A DNA stretch of 64,000 bases from Macrostomum lignano (taxonomy: Eukaryota). The position numbers were made by a program, and so were the translations under genes. The stretch spans positions 196,165 through 260,164 of the forward strand of contig NIVC01001610.1 of the NCBI GenBank assembly GCA_002269645.1, written 5' to 3'. The stretch's first letter is position 1. Each line of letters begins with the position of its first letter. A model generated the notes under the pieces. The model was not told the origin of the DNA. It saw only the letters and a list, made by a program, of their open reading frames with translations, and did not search any database. Positions 1-11,584 of this stretch are shown here, piece by piece.

Positions 1-663
1 TCAGACAGGGTGCGCTAAGCTGTGACTCAGTGTCTATTTTTAGAAACATGAGTCACCTTTTACCTTAGAGAAGGCAAGGCCCCCAGAGCACGTGATTCAC
101 CCGGAAGACAGGACCAGCGAGTGCAGTAAACATGTTTACTGCACTTTAGGACTCCAAGAAAGCAAGGCCTGTCATGTGACTTGCTCACATGACAGGGGAA
201 AGAGGGACAGGAGCGAACCAAGAACAGACCACAGCGGAGAAGCCAAGGGCTGAGAACAGAGGCGCAGAAGCGGGCAAAAGGGAAAAGGGAACAGCAAACA
301 GGCAGACCAAGGGAGGCGGGAAGCTGACCAGCGGCAGGCAGCAACCCAGGGCGAGGACGAGGGCGAGGGAACTGCTGACAAAAAGGGGGACGCCTAACAC
401 CAAACTAGCGGATCACTACATTACCTAATACACTATTTTCACCCCCAATGAAGATTTGCCTGGTCTTCACGCTGCTGAGCGGTTACCTCTTGAGTTTAAT
501 TTTCGACATGAAAATCCTTGGGCGTCATTGTGCGAACTGACGTTGTCAATGATGGAGAGGTATCCCTCCATGCAAGCTCTCCCTCCACATCATCCTCTTT
601 ACCAGCCTCTACTTGGATTTTTTTCGATGCCATTCTAGCATCAACGCTCTTGACTTATTTGAC

Positions 664-1040
664 TCAGCTGCAGGGAGATCCAGTAGTCCCGGTGTCCGCA
701 GCGCGCTCCGCCTCTGGAGAGTCCAGGAGGTGGATGGTCGCTCGCCCAGTAGCCCTTAGGTAGCGGACGAGCAGCCGGGTAGCCCTCGGGCAGAGATTCT
801 CGAACCCGAAAACGTCAGAGAGGTCCGGTTTTAAGCCGAGGTAGGTGAGCCTGTCCTGAGTAAAGACGGGCCGGGCATTCACAGATAAAGTGTTCCGCAG
901 TTTCAACAACGGAGAGGCAGAATGGGCATTCCTCGCTACGGATTTTTCCCTGGAGGTAGCGATGCCTGGCAAAACATCCATGACCCGAGAGGGCCATGTT
1001 CACCGCTCTGATGTCCCTGCGGTTCCCTCTGTCTTTCTAG
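664..1040 (-). mobile_element. 3' fragment of a non-LTR retrotransposon ORF2 (R1/I/LOA-like clade), frameshifted, lying in an intron of the PGPEP1-like gene
   Basis: ORF 815..1003 reads [11 protein letters not shown]...[19 protein letters not shown], the C-terminal CCHC zinc-knuckle motif of LINE ORF2. It continues after a frameshift in ORF 664..981 ([11 protein letters not shown]...[11 protein letters not shown]). No RT core is present. Boundaries approximate. Confidence 0.75.
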
Positions 1041-1141
1041 CTTAATGCACACTCACAACGATTTTTGTTGGAACTGTCTACAACTTTGTTTGAATTGAAA
1101 AGTACGCGAATTTAAATTGAAATTATTGCATATATTTCAAG

Positions 1142-1336
1142 GTGGAGCTGGTCATGTCAGACGATGCCGGCTTATACCTGTGCGAGTTTATTTACTGCGT
1201 CAGCTTGCGCCGCGATGCCAAACGCTGCGTATTCGTTCACGTGCCAGACTGCGTTGATAATCCGGCTAAACAGCAGCTGCTGACGTCCGGTTTGTGCAGC
1301 CTGGTGAGCCATCTGCTGCGCCAGTTCGGTCTGTGA
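1142..1336 (+). CDS. PGPEP1: Terminal exon of pyroglutamyl-peptidase I (peptidase C15); upstream exons lie outside the window
   Basis: AG acceptor at 1140-1141 (tttcaag|GTG). Translation SDDAGLYLCEFIY...CVFVHVP matches the C15 motifs SxDAGxYLC (catalytic Cys) and FVHVP (catalytic His). TGA at 1334-1336. Confidence 0.88.
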   Translation: MELVMSDDAGLYLCEFIYCVSLRRDAKRCVFVHVPDCVDNPAKQQLLTSGLCSLVSHLLRQFGL

Positions 1337-1576
1337 GAATTGCTTTCGTAAAATTTATTAAGGGCTGATTTCGAATTCATGAAACCAACTAGGAATTTGA
1401 GCCATCATAGCTTTCGTCAATGAAGTTGATAGAATTAGAAAATCACAAATGGAGAACTCCCATTTGCTGTAGCAGCAGTCGCAAAGCTGCACTCGGCCAT
1501 AGACAATAAAGCCAATCAAGTAGATAATTCCATTAAAGATAAGTTGGAAGATCAGAGGGAAGAATTAACTAGGAAG

Positions 1577-2080
1577 CATGGATGAAGGAATAGAAGGGAT
1601 CGCTCATCTGAGGGCGAGTCTGTGGCCAAGACTTCCTAAAAATTGGGATATTCCCCCCCCCATGAATTTCATTGGCTGATGGAATTTAATGATAGTCCCC
1701 CCTAAGTTCTTAATGACTGAAGATTGTACGCGGGGGAAATTCACTATTAACGCGCGTGCTAGGCTGCTGTAGCATTGGCATAGATAACTTTTTCTCTTGT
1801 TTCAAATGCTAATTCAAGGAGTTCTATAATAAGCTAATTATAGAACTCCTTGGCTAATTTCTTTCCCTTAAACCGTCGTGGCCCAGAGGAAGATTTCTAA
1901 CGTTAATCGTGACTTTGGAATTCCCCCCGCGTACAAGCTTCAGCCAGTAAGAACTTGGGGGAGACTATAATTAAATTCCAGAAGCCAATAAAATTCATGG
2001 AGGGAATATCCCAATTTTTGGAAAGTCTTGGCCATAGACTCGCTTTCAGATGAGCGATCATTTCTATTCCTTCATCCATG
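1577..2080. mobile_element. Non-autonomous foldback DNA transposon (MITE) with about 165-bp imperfect TIRs, P-superfamily-like ends
   Basis: Starts CATGGATGAAGGAATAGAA and ends TTCTATTCCTTCATCCATG. Arms about 1577-1742 and 1918-2080 are reverse complements. Exact 8-bp TSD CTAGGAAG at 1569-1576 and 2081-2088. No ORF. Confidence 0.85.
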
Positions 2081-3721
2081 CTAGGAAGACGGAAAATTGT
2101 TTAATTTAATAAGTCGCTAATAATTCAGCGTCGCAGAAATTTAGGAGTTTTGCCCATATTTTTCTACTGCGGTTAGTAGCGCGTAAAGATTTTTTAGTAG
2201 TAGTGATTCAAATAGGCAATTTCAGATTTAGCAATTTTATAAGATTTAGTAAGATAATTAATTGTTTTGGTTATAAAAATCCAGGGCATGTCGCCCTAGA
2301 CGCTCGATCTTTCTCTCATTCCTCAGTTTAAGCTTGAATATTCACAGTTAAACTAGGAATTTAACTAGGAGTAGGCTTCAATTTTTTAAGCGGGGAGGCA
2401 GGTGGCTGCTGCTGCAGCGAATGGGGAGTCTTAAAGACCGAGATCTTAATATCTTGCTTACCTATATTTAAAATGTCTTTTTCCAACGTATTGGATCTTA
2501 AATTGATTTGATGTATTGCCTAAACATTCTTTAAACCTCTTTTTAAGGTGCCAAAATCTGTTTTAGATGGTTCTCAATTAATGTTAATTATAATTGCTTG
2601 TCTATCTGCCCGACTAATACTTGAAATGCAATAGGAAGTTTTATACTCATGTCTGGCTATTTTAACCGACACTGCTCTTGCTACTCAGCTTTCAAATTAG
2701 TTTATTATTTAATAATCGGTACCTCTCTGTTACGTAATAGCTAATTAGGTACGTAAAATTAACTTAAAATTAAATTAATTTTTGTAAAATATACCAAACT
2801 ATACAGATGACCCAATGTTAATAAAAAAGTACAATGTATTTCTGAAAGAACTGAAAATTAATATTTTTAGCAAAATTAGGCCTTCAAACAAATTCTTAAT
2901 AGTTTTGCGAGTATTACATCCAAAAAGTTTGGGATACCTTTTGGTATAATTATAAAACTTGGACATGGTGAAATTATCTTTTTATATATCTTTTTAATAC
3001 CTTTGTCAATTGTTTTGCTCTATAACTGGTTAAGTTAATAGTACCTGTACAAGTACATGTACTTTACCCTACCCCTGCGTTCTATGCTAGCAATACCAGG
3101 AAATTAGATTTTCTCGGAATTTTTTATGATTCCTTTTTTACATTCTGCAGTTTTCATAACTACCTGTTATAACTGCTAGAATATAACTCTCAGATTTTGT
3201 ATACTATGATTGTCTATTTGTGAACAGATATTTGATGGTTCTTATTTGAAGTTTTTTATGTAGCAAAAAATTAATTGATTCATAAATTATTTTATCCGTC
3301 AATGACCTGGTTTATGTAAAAAATATTTCTTGAGCCGCAACTAGTTATAGTTTCTTTATTCATGGATTATAAGTGCGTACAAGCTCATAGATTCTTTTTT
3401 ATTGTTCCAGTGTTAGTTATTATCCTGTTTTAAAACAAAAGTTTACGAGTTAATTACACAATTTTTTCAGTTATTCGGCTAAGTATGCATGAGAAATAAA
3501 TGAGTTTGTGAAAAAAAATTATAAAAATTTATTTCATAACTTGTCATCTTTTCAAGTCACAAATAAATGGACGACAAGTCGTTTGAGAATTAAATTTATA
3601 TAAAAATTCGAACATATTGTACTTCAAAAGTATAGGTCCTTACACAATTTTCCACATTAACTTGGAATTGATTAGATAGGATTGGCGGATGACGAAAACT
3701 CCCTTCTGTTAGTAGTGTATG

Positions 3722-3985
3722 CAGGGGCGTCGCCATGGATTTTATGATGGGGGACAAAGCCAAGAATTGTACATGTACAGGACTAAATTTTGGCACTCAT
3801 TTTAGCGCCGCAGGCATTCCTTTTAGCGCCGCAGGCACTCTTTTTAGCGCCGCAGGCACTCTTTGGCGCCGAAGGCGCTATATTTTGGCGCCCTGAAGAA
3901 AAATGATTGATTACCACCACAACTCAGAAGGGGGGGGGGCAAAGCAGTAATTGGCATGTCCCCCCCCACGGTGGCGACGCGTCTG
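3722..3985. mobile_element. hAT-type MITE
   Basis: Imperfect TIR CAGGGGCGTCGCCA / TGGCGACGCGTCTG, exact 8-bp TSD AGTGTATG (3714-3721, 3986-3993), internal about 20-bp tandem repeat TTTTAGCGCCGCAGGCACTC x4. Confidence 0.85.
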
Positions 3986-6522
3986 AGTGTATGCTAATTA
4001 AGATGACGAAGCGCGCGACCGGAATCAAGGTTGGATCATATATAGATAACCTAGATGACGAAATGACTAGAAAACGTATCTACATGTACAAACGAGTCAC
4101 AGTATAACTACAGTGCAAGTGGATGCATATACATGTAGTCATTCGCGACTGTGCCACTCTCATCCAGTTGTCCGTTTGAACACTAGTGGTAGTAAGTATT
4201 GGACTGGCGCAGGTAAGTGCCTGTTTGGCCAAGACGGACCGATCCCAGTTTTTCAGATCTAAGCTCAGAACTATGGTAAGTTCTGTGCATCTAAGCTTAA
4301 TAAGAAGAATCTTGAGGTAAAGCAAATTTAATGGTTGGCGAAATTTGAAGTATTTGTCGAAAGAAGACAGAAAAATTATTAGTTTGCATAAAGTTTTTGG
4401 ACAGATAATTTTGGTATATACGCTCGTAGATTGAATAATTTTCATGTGCATTTTCTACTATTTTCAAAATGTCGTCAATACGTCAGTCTCGTATGGCCCG
4501 CGGCCCCCCCATAATATGATTTCCGGTATGTCAAATATGGTGTCAATTCTCTTTGTTGCTAGTGGAGTTCTATACCAATACAGTGTACACCATGACCATA
4601 CCAATTCTGCGTTATTTCGATGTAAATTTAAGTTAGGTTCAAGACTATTGGGATGATTATCCTTATGCCTTATAGTGTAGGCGTAGGCGATAGGTGTAGC
4701 ATAGGCAGGCCAAAGATGAAGCTTAGCATTCTTAACCTGGCCTGGCTGCAGGCTACACTATAGCCATAGGTATAATACTGATACTGAATCATGCTTACTG
4801 ATGAATATAGGGCCTAATGTATTCCGTCACAATGATTTAGGAATTAGGATTAATGAAACAGGCTGATAAATTTCAATCAATTACATTTAACATCAATATA
4901 GGCCTATGCCTATTATGTTAGGGCAGTTAGGCCTATAGGCCCCTAGGCCTATCAACACCAACAAAGTTTTGGAACTCTCATTTTTCTTATAAATAGGCAT
5001 CTATTCTTGAGACTCCTAGTTCTAGGCCTAGTCCTAATTAAGACAGTTTGGTGATATATGCCTATATAATTAATTGGCAAATGTAAAAGTGCATGTTTAA
5101 TTATTTTTCAACTTAAATGAACACAAAAAGTGTGTTTATTGTGATAGGAAAGACATTTAAAAACACAAAACTGTAAAATCCATATTACAGAGCTCTTGGG
5201 CTTGACATAACTGCCTTGGGGTGCTCACCTTGACTATGGTCACTTTATTATCTTAATTAATGCACTACTTTAAGAAAGTCATTTTGTCATCTACCAATCA
5301 TATTAGTTCCAACTTCAAGCAAATTAATGTTACAATCAAACATATTTACTGGTTACTTTGAATCCTGATAATCCCAGATTCCCAGTCATTTTGTTATCTT
5401 GATTGATAAAACCTATCAATTGACCAGTTCTACTTGCCACAGCCCACAGATTAGGCCTATTGTATATACTAACAAAAATAATTTACACTAACTCAAATCT
5501 CACACATGTTGATTGGTTGATAACAAAGTATCTAGCATAAATAAATATTTGGTCACTTCATCATATTATTTTTTGAGCTAACTTTGTTTTTAGTCACTTT
5601 GTCATCTAATATGATAAAATGGAATATGATTATTTGACATTCTGACCAGTGACTAGTAGATGTCTAGCCATGTGTCTCCTATCATATTAAATACACTTAG
5701 GTATTCATTTATATAGAAAAATAATTAAATGTGCATTGTGCATTTCTTTACAATTGCTAGCCTAGTAAATTTTTTGTTAATTGTATAATAGGCCTATTCA
5801 TTATTATTTAGCTATTTAGCTATTATTATCAATATTAGAATAAGGCAAGGCAATTATTAGCATTATAAGAATATCCTTTTTTCTGAAAGTTATTTATGTT
5901 AAATTAAATATTTTATTACTAACCTAGATAATATGCATGCATATCAAAACTTCAAAACTTCTATAAATTCAATGTAGAGGCTAGGTCATTTCATGGATAG
6001 CAATGGCTAAAGTTTTAGCACTGGAACCCATTTTCTAATGGCTAGGCTTATGGATCTAGCAGTCTTTTGCATATAATTAATTATCTACTAATAAAGTCTA
6101 AACATTAGAAATATCTTGTTTTGAATCTCATTATTTTGTTTTTAGGTTATCTTGAACAAAATCCCAATATCAACCACTGGTTAAAAAAGTAAAATGTTTA
6201 TTGCTATATTATACCTATAAATTGCATTACTAGAATAGGCCTACCCTATTGCCAGATTCATAGCTATTAGAAAATAGGTTCCAATACTGGAACTCTAGCC
6301 ATTGCCCTTATGGATAGGCCTTACAGGCCTTACAATTTTGTTTTGCAACTTTCAACTTACCTAATACTGATGTCACCTTATATAAATTGGTTTATTTTTA
6401 TTCTTTCTATTTCATTGTTTTATATTTTATATTTTAAGATCCCTATATTACTTTTTCTTTTTCTTTTTGTCTTTTTATTGTCTTTTTTCTTTTCATACTT
6501 TGTCTTTATTACATATTGTATT

Positions 6523-8203
6523 ATAAATAAAGGTCAATATCAACATTGAGTATTATTTACTTATTTGAGTTGCCAATGCATTTTGTCCAATATTGGACAT
6601 CTTTGGGGTCGAAATTTATTTTAACCAAATTATTTAATGCAAACAGTATATATAGTGAGTGGAGAAAAGTATAAAAGTACATATAATTTTGATGGTTCAA
6701 AAGCAATTGAATTAATATACACCATTGAATTGAATTGAATTAATTGAAAGTGGAAGCATTATTGGTAGGGGGAGAGTGCATGTTGGTTTCATTTCAGTCT
6801 GGTTATTAGCAAGGTAAACTAAAATATGCAAAGTTGACAGCTAGCCCCACCTATTGCAAGTTGATTATTTAATGTGGGCTGTCTCGTTTTAATGTACAGG
6901 GCTTCTAATAGGCAGAGCATGTGATCTCTATTGCAAAAATCAATAGCCTTAATCATCTTGTGTGGGTTAGCATCACAATAACTGTTGCAAGTTAGCAGGT
7001 TGAAAAGCAACCTTTTCAGTGCAAAACACAACATGGATTTGAGTGTTCAAGTCTTAATAGAACAGCTTTTCAATCTTTTTTGAACTCAATAAAACAAACC
7101 CCAAATAAAGGTAAAGTGATCAAGGGACAATCAAAGGTGGATTCACAAACTTTCATCTGAGTAGGTTCAGTCAGTTTGTCATTGAGAAAAGTGTTAACAA
7201 TTTTCAACACAAAGTTCCTAGGGTAGCCATTGTAGCTAAGCAAGTTGGTGAGGATTTCAACTTCATTGTGAAAGAGCCTCCAGGAACTGCAGATGGAAAA
7301 GGCCTGGTGAAGAAAGCAGCAAACCAATCCAACTTTCCATTGTCTAGGGCACAGGGCATCAAACCTAAGCATAAGCCCGGTAAAGCTAGGTTTCCTAAAC
7401 ATACTGATAGAAATAGTTTCATTGGTGGCATCAACATCAATGTCTAAGAAAGGAAGTCTTCTGCCTCTACCTTCCACCATAAATTTGATATTCTCATGAG
7501 TAGAATTGATAATGTTGAAAAACTCATTCTTTGTAGTTTTGTCCTCAAAGATTGCAAATGTGTTATCCATGTAGTATTTGTAAAAGCAAGGCGCATATAT
7601 GAGGGACATCCAGTCCTTTTCTTAATGAGCCATGCACAAATTATCAAGGGTTAGGGCAAGAGGACTGCCCATGGCACAATTATCAATCTGTCTATAATAT
7701 TTGTCCCAAAAAAGAAAAATGCTAGAGGTGGCGAATTTAAGCATCTTCTTAAAAGTGGCTTTCAAGAATGGAAGTGGATTGGCTTTTTCATACACAAGAT
7801 CAGCAGCAAGCTCAATGGTGAATTCAAGACAGATGTTGGTAAACAGAGAAACAACATCAAAGCTATAAAGCCTGTTAGTTTGATTAGTCGTGGTGTTGCT
7901 AAGACTCTCAATAAACTGTTTATTGGATTCCACACAGTGCTCAGAAGGAACGACTGGTTTAATTATAAGATTAATTTTGTAAATTGTCAAGGAATTTGGC
8001 TAGCTCATATTCCAAAGTAAGTGAGCTAAAATTACATGTACTTTCATACTTCTCTCCACTCACTATATATACTTGTACTGTTTGTGTTAAATAATTTGGT
8101 TCAAATAAATTTTTCAACCCTGAAGATGTCTAATATTGGACGAAATACATTGGCAATTCAAATAAATAACTGATACTTAATGTTGATATTGACCTTTATT
8201 TAT
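6523..8203 (-). mobile_element. Decayed, 5'-truncated Penelope-like retroelement (RT plus GIY-YIG remnant) with inverted pseudo-LTRs
   Basis: ORF 7622..7990 has SFDVVSLFTNI and AMGSPL. The in-frame ORF 7070..7609 has YMDNT (degenerate YVDD), LPFLDI and the PLE thumb/HTH region. 6819..7034 has LLEALYIK..QPTLNNQ (GIY-YIG C-terminus; the N-terminal GIY-YIG core appears deleted). One in-frame stop at 7622-7624. Inverted repeats 6523-6682 / 8036-8203. Confidence 0.9.
8117..8153 (+). ncRNA. Remnant of a minimal type I hammerhead ribozyme in the PLE pseudo-LTR (second, more decayed copy at about 6571-6608 on -)
   Basis: CC CTGAAGA TGTC TAATATTG GAC GAAA TACAT TGG: core CUGANGA, stem II, GAAA, and a stem III degenerated from a palindromic ACGCGT-type sequence. 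The position in a PLE terminal repeat matches known PLE hammerheads. Confidence 0.6.
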
Positions 8204-9220
8204 CTACTTTTCATTAGGCAAGCCACTTTACTTGATTAATATTATATTATTTTTTTAATTGTTAAATTTGCATCTTATCCTTGGTTTATTATTTTAAATG
8301 TATACCAATTGGATTAGCTAGGCTAGATAGCAACTGAAAAGCCAAATATGTTTTTAAAAATTTGCATGGCTCTTAGACTAATAGTTGAATAGCCAATGTA
8401 CTATTTGCCTACCAATGTTAAATAATCGATATAATTATTAATATATATATACTGGTAGGTCTCTACTATTACTAAAGAGGGAAAACAAGTGATATTAGAT
8501 ACAGAGTCTAAACCTTTATTGCATAGGCTATATAATATAAGTAAAATAAGAACTCAGTTATGTAAATTAATTATCAATAACAATACTAATAAAATTACTA
8601 GATAAAGCTTAGAAATTATTTTTTTAATTATAGGCCTATAAAATTTTATATAAAGTCTAGGTCTAGCCTAGTTTAGCAAAATAATATAAAATATAAAAAA
8701 TTAAGCCAAAGATCCTTGTATATTGCTTATTTTCTACTATTAAATCTATACTTTTATTCTTATTTAGATAAAAATGCTAAATGCACTTGTTACTTGAAGT
8801 TAAATTAGTGATTAGTGTAGGCTATAATCTATAATCAATTGATAAACTTTATAATATACCAAATACTACTTTAGACCTAGCTTATAATATTGCTCAGAAA
8901 GAATTTTATCAATTCATACCTTAGTATCAAAATAGTTTTTAACACTCTGTTTTTAGAAAATAGATATGAAGATAAAAGATAGAATTGTAAGATTTTAGTG
9001 TATTATGTAAATATAAATATTAGCTAATTTTGTTTAAATCTTAAGATATATAACAATAAATCACTCAATAAAGGCAACAGATAATGTTAAGATAAAATGT
9101 TTGTCTTGAACAAAAATATGGCATTCTCTGACACAAAAATTTAAGCACTTCAGCACTACTGCCACTATAATATACCACTTGTACCATTTTACAGAACCTT
9201 ACTGCCTAGCAACAGTTACC

Positions 9221-11421
9221 ATGCAAACTGAAGCATACAATGCCACCACTACCACAACAACGCGTCAGGAAGGACCAGGCGTTAGCTTGGACCCAGAATT
9301 CCCCAAGACTATTATGGGTATCCTTATGATTATTGCCTCCGTTATGGGGCTCATACTGATCATCTGCGGTTCCATCTATCCGTGGTCTGTCCATGGCGGC
9401 GGTTTCATTGTCTTTATTGGCATACTGGCGATGTTCGGCACTGGCGCCCTGTTTGCAATTTACTTGCTGCGCGTGGTGCCCCGCGTTCCCGGCCCGTTCG
9501 GCCTCATTGTGAGTTCCTTGGATTGTTGTTGTGCTCTAATTGTCCCCCGCGCCCTCTCACAGGGCTATCGCTGTGTCCTCAGTGTCCCCCTCAGAGGGCC
9601 ATTGCTGTGTCCTCAAGTGTCCCCCTCAGAGGGCCATTGCTGTGTCCTCAAGTGTCCCCCTCAGAGGGCCATTGCTGTGTACTCAAGTGTCCCCCTCAGA
9701 GGGCCATTGCTGTGTCCTCAAGTGTCCCCCTCCGAGGGCCATTGCTGTGTCCTCAGTGTCCCCCTCAGAGGGCCATTGCTGTGTCCTCAAGTGTCCCCCT
9801 CAGAGGGCCATTGCTGTGTCCTCAAGTGTCCCCCTCAGAGGGCCATTGCTGTGTCCTCAAGTGTCCCCCTCCGAGGGCCATTGCTGTGTCCTCAGTGTCC
9901 CCCTCAGAGGGCCATTGCTGTGTCCTCAAGTGTCCCCCTCAGAGGGCCATTGCTGTGTCCTCAAGTGTCCCCCTCAGAGGGCCATTGCTGTGTCCTCAAG
10001 TGTCCCCCTCAGAGGGCCATTGCTGTGTCCTCAGTGTCCCCCTCCGAGGGCTATTGCTATATTCTCTACGTGTATTCTCTTCCTCTCAGTAAGATTATTG
10101 GCTAATTAAAAAAAATATTTGTTCGCAGATGCTGATCTACCTGCTCGTGCTGAGCGTGCTGGCTCTGATCGGCCTGATTGTCGCTGCCGTTAATGGCGTG
10201 AGCTGGGGCGCCGCCATCGCCAGTGCTGTATGCTATTGCTTTATTTGCTTGTGTTATCATAAGAGAATCAGTTCAGTTAAACAGAGTGAACTGCTGCTTT
10301 CAGCAACTGGAAACATATTCAGATAAATACTTGAATTAGTTACACATTTAATCTAATTTATTCAAATCGCACATCTTAACACTAGATTAGAGATCTAGGC
10401 ATTCAAACCCTGTGGATATGTGGTACAACAACAAATTGCGGGATCTAAATATTGGAATCCAGGATCTAGCCAATGGAGTCCAGGATCTAAACATTGGAAT
10501 CCAGGATCCAGACAGTGAAATCCAGAATCTAGCCAGTGGAATCCGGAATCTAGACATTGGAATCCAGGATCTAGCCAGTGGAATCCGGAATCTAGACATT
10601 GGAATCCGGAATCTAGACATAGGAATCCAGGATCTAGACATTGGAATCCGGAATCTAGACATTGGAATCCGGAATCTAGACATTGGAATCCAGGATCTAG
10701 ACATTGGAATCCGGAATCTAGACATTGGAATCCAGGATCTAGACATTGGAATCCAGGATCTAGACATTGGAATCCAGGATCTAGACATTGGAATCCAGGA
10801 TCTAGACATTACAATCCAGGATCTAGACATTACAATCCAGGATCTAGACATTAAAATACAGAATCTAGATGTTGCAATACTAGGATCTAGACATTGCAAT
10901 CCAGGATTTAGACATTTCAGTCCAGGATCTAAACATTGGAATCCAGGATTTAGACAGTGGAATCCAGGATCTAGACATAGGAATCTAGAATCTAGAAATT
11001 GCAATCCAGATCTAGACATAGGAATCTAGAAATTGCAATCCAGGATCTAGACATTGGAATCTAATATGTAAAAATCTTCTGAAATGGACGTCTAGATTAA
11101 CATAATCCAGTATTATAGATTATATAATTAGCAATAGTCACCCAATATTCAAGAAAATCACTGCTAGCAAACCGCACACTCCAGGTGTTCTGCGTCCCAG
11201 CGCTTGGCCTACACATCGCTATCGGGTATTTCATGTTTTTAAAATGGCGCCAACCCGGCGGCGCTCTCAATCACGAGTTTCATCGGGGCGAGTGCGGCCA
11301 CGCCTACCGCACCGAGCACAGCACCACCTCGGCCACCGTTAGCGGCGGCGGTGGCGGCGGTGCGGCTTATCCCGCCTCTGAGCGCCGCATGGAGGCTCCG
11401 CCAGCCTACGGAAATTATTAA
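9221..11421 (+). CDS. MARVEL-domain four-TM membrane protein (CMTM/plasmolipin-like), 3 exons: 9221-9508, 10129-10227, 11185-11421 (207 aa)
   Basis: GT-AG boundaries att|gtgagt, cgcag|ATG, gct|gtatgc, ccag|GTG, all phase 0. N-terminal LDxxFxKTxxGIL MARVEL signature, four hydrophobic segments, C-terminal PPAY motif, TAA at 11419-11421. Confidence 0.8.
9563..10050. repeat. 34/35-bp minisatellite in MARVEL intron 1
   Basis: Unit GTGTCCCCCTCAGAGGGCCATTGCTGTGTCCTCA(A), about 14 copies. Confidence 0.95.
10435..11065. repeat. 21-bp minisatellite in MARVEL intron 2
   Basis: Unit GGATCTAGACATTGGAATCC(A/G); source of the spurious DIGIQDL and MSRSWIP ORFs. Confidence 0.95.
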
Positions 11422-11584
11422 ACTAACAGCTATATTCGTCTGTTATGTACTTTTAATATGCGAACTCGCGACTGGCTTCCATGAGACAATGTCTGCCAAG
11501 CTGTTGTTGTTGCTAATGTTCAACTTTTAAGCCAAAGTTAACTTTTTTAAATATTGACCTAGCTATATAAAGTTATCTACCGGT

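Noticed and set aside
2500-3500. Possible decayed RT on + (YTDD at about 2800, FLGI at about 3110)
   Set aside because: Motif spacing is inconsistent and frames are riddled with stops; cannot be supported by eye.
10387-11029. Heptad-like DIGIQDL ORF resembling a coiled coil or LRR
   Set aside because: 21-bp intronic minisatellite; MARVEL exons 2 and 3 join in phase without it.
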